Origin: Candidatus Hydrogenedentota bacterium
GTDB taxonomy: Bacteria > Hydrogenedentota > Hydrogenedentia > Hydrogenedentales > SLHB01
Direction of reading: 5' to 3'
Assembly: GCA_029974275.1 (NCBI GenBank)
Contig: JARKSN010000276.1
Span: 2,721-66,720, forward strand
DNA: 64,000 bases
The notes below the pieces were generated by a model. It was not told the origin of the DNA, did not search any database, and saw only the letters and a list, made by a program, of their open reading frames with translations. Below, one piece after another: positions 63,484 to 64,000 of this stretch. The number at the start of each line of letters is the position of its first letter. Position 1 is the first letter of the stretch. Made by a program: the position numbers and the translations under genes.

Positions 63484-64000
63484 TTGAAATCCGTTGTCGT
63501 CATTCCCACCTACAACGAGGCCGACAATATTGGGCCGTTGATCGAGGCGATTCAGGGGGTCATGCCCGGTCTCGACATTATTGTCGTGGATGACAATTCT
63601 TCCGACGGCACCGCCGCCATCGCCGAGGGAAACGCCGGCGTTCACGTGATCCGCCGTCCGGGCAAGCAGGGGTTGGGCACGGCCTATGTCGCGGGGTATA
63701 AGTATGCCATTGGCGCGGGCTATGACCGCATTGGCGGGATGGACGCGGATTTCAGCCATGATCCGAAGGTTTTGCCGGCGCTGTTTTGCTTGCTGGACTC
63801 GTTCGACGTCGGTTTGGGCGCGCGCTATGTTCCGGGCGGCGGCACGCGCAATTGGGGCTTGCACCGGCGTCTGCTGAGCGGCGCAGCAAATCGTTTCGCG
63901 AAGTGGATGCTTCATATGCCGGTTCACGACGCCACCGGTGGATATCGTTGCTATCGCCGTGACGTGCTCGAAGCCATCGACCTCGATTCCTTGCGTTCGC
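63484..64000 (+). CDS. polyprenol-phosphate mannosyl/glycosyltransferase (GT2, Dpm1/Ppm1-like), 3'-truncated by window edge
   Basis: TTG 63484 is preceded by GGAGGAGAGG. The sequence reads LKSVVVIPTYNEADNIGPLIEAI...IVVDDNSSDGT...GKQGLGTAYVAGY...GMDADFSHDP...GARYVPGGG. It is absent from the ORF track because the frame stays open to the end of the window. Confidence 0.85.
   Translation, partial: MKSVVVIPTYNEADNIGPLIEAIQGVMPGLDIIVVDDNSSDGTAAIAEGNAGVHVIRRPGKQGLGTAYVAGYKYAIGAGYDRIGGMDADFSHDPKVLPALFCLLDSFDVGLGARYVPGGGTRNWGLHRRLLSGAANRFAKWMLHMPVHDATGGYRCYRRDVLEAIDLDSLRS

Noticed and set aside
1-64000. Search for CRISPR arrays, tRNA/rRNA genes, transposases, integrases and prophage genes.
   Set aside because: I noticed no regularly spaced direct repeats and no T-loop (GGTTCGAATCC-like) or rRNA-like sequences in the few intergenic gaps. 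No ORF carries DDE transposase or tyrosine/serine recombinase motifs. This was a by-eye search, so absence is not proof.

Overview
The window is 64 kb of densely coding, high-GC bacterial chromosome. About 50 protein genes can be supported. I recognised no rRNA, tRNA, CRISPR array, transposase or integrase.

All domain calls come from motif recognition by eye; no alignments or HMM searches were run. In the supplied ORF track a leading 'M' is sometimes a GTG or TTG codon, so I re-examined starts against Shine-Dalgarno sequences and neighbouring stop codons.

Gene content, left to right:
- Two tandem secreted beta-helix (pectate-lyase-superfamily) paralogues.
- A CPC-type heavy-metal P-type ATPase.
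- A seven-gene minus-strand cluster: ABC-2 exporter, XRE-like HTH protein, BtrH/C39-like enzyme, carrier protein, B12-binding radical SAM enzyme and queF.
- Two tandem CocE/NonD hydrolases carrying Ca-binding repeats, one with a dockerin-like module.
- recR and def.
- An envelope/glycan block: GT-C-like membrane proteins, a sulfatase-like lipoprotein, rfbD-rfbB, a decaprenyl-phosphate phosphoribosyltransferase-like UbiA enzyme, a DUF362 protein and a GT2 enzyme.
- Polyamine genes: carboxynorspermidine dehydrogenase, aguA and aguB.
- A PAS histidine kinase and an EAL phosphodiesterase.
- A translationally coupled ubiE-menF-menD-menH-menB operon.
- A PEP-CTERM protein.
- aroB with a TPR protein, and a Gfo/Idh/MocA oxidoreductase.
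- An orphan pair made of XPB-N-terminal/Helicase_C_3-like modules, the larger one ending in a WYL domain.
- A GntR(YtrA)-ABC operon, nth, a NarL-type two-component pair, an hsp20-lon operon, and a 3'-truncated polyprenol-phosphate glycosyltransferase.

Most interesting observations:
1. The carrier-protein / B12-radical-SAM / BtrH-like / exporter cluster. No loading enzyme is encoded in the cluster and I know of no pathway it matches.
2. The helicase-less Helicase_C_3 + WYL gene pair.
3. A G8-tract frameshift in a GT-C glycosyltransferase that sits in a polyprenyl-phosphate-pentose-like cluster.
4. An 85-bp nested perfect palindrome inside the ytrA-like operon.
5. An apparent switch of strand compositional skew near 50.5 kb.

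The PEP-CTERM, dockerin-like and sulfatase-like proteins suggest an environmental Gram-negative, possibly PVC-like, organism. That taxonomic guess is inference only.
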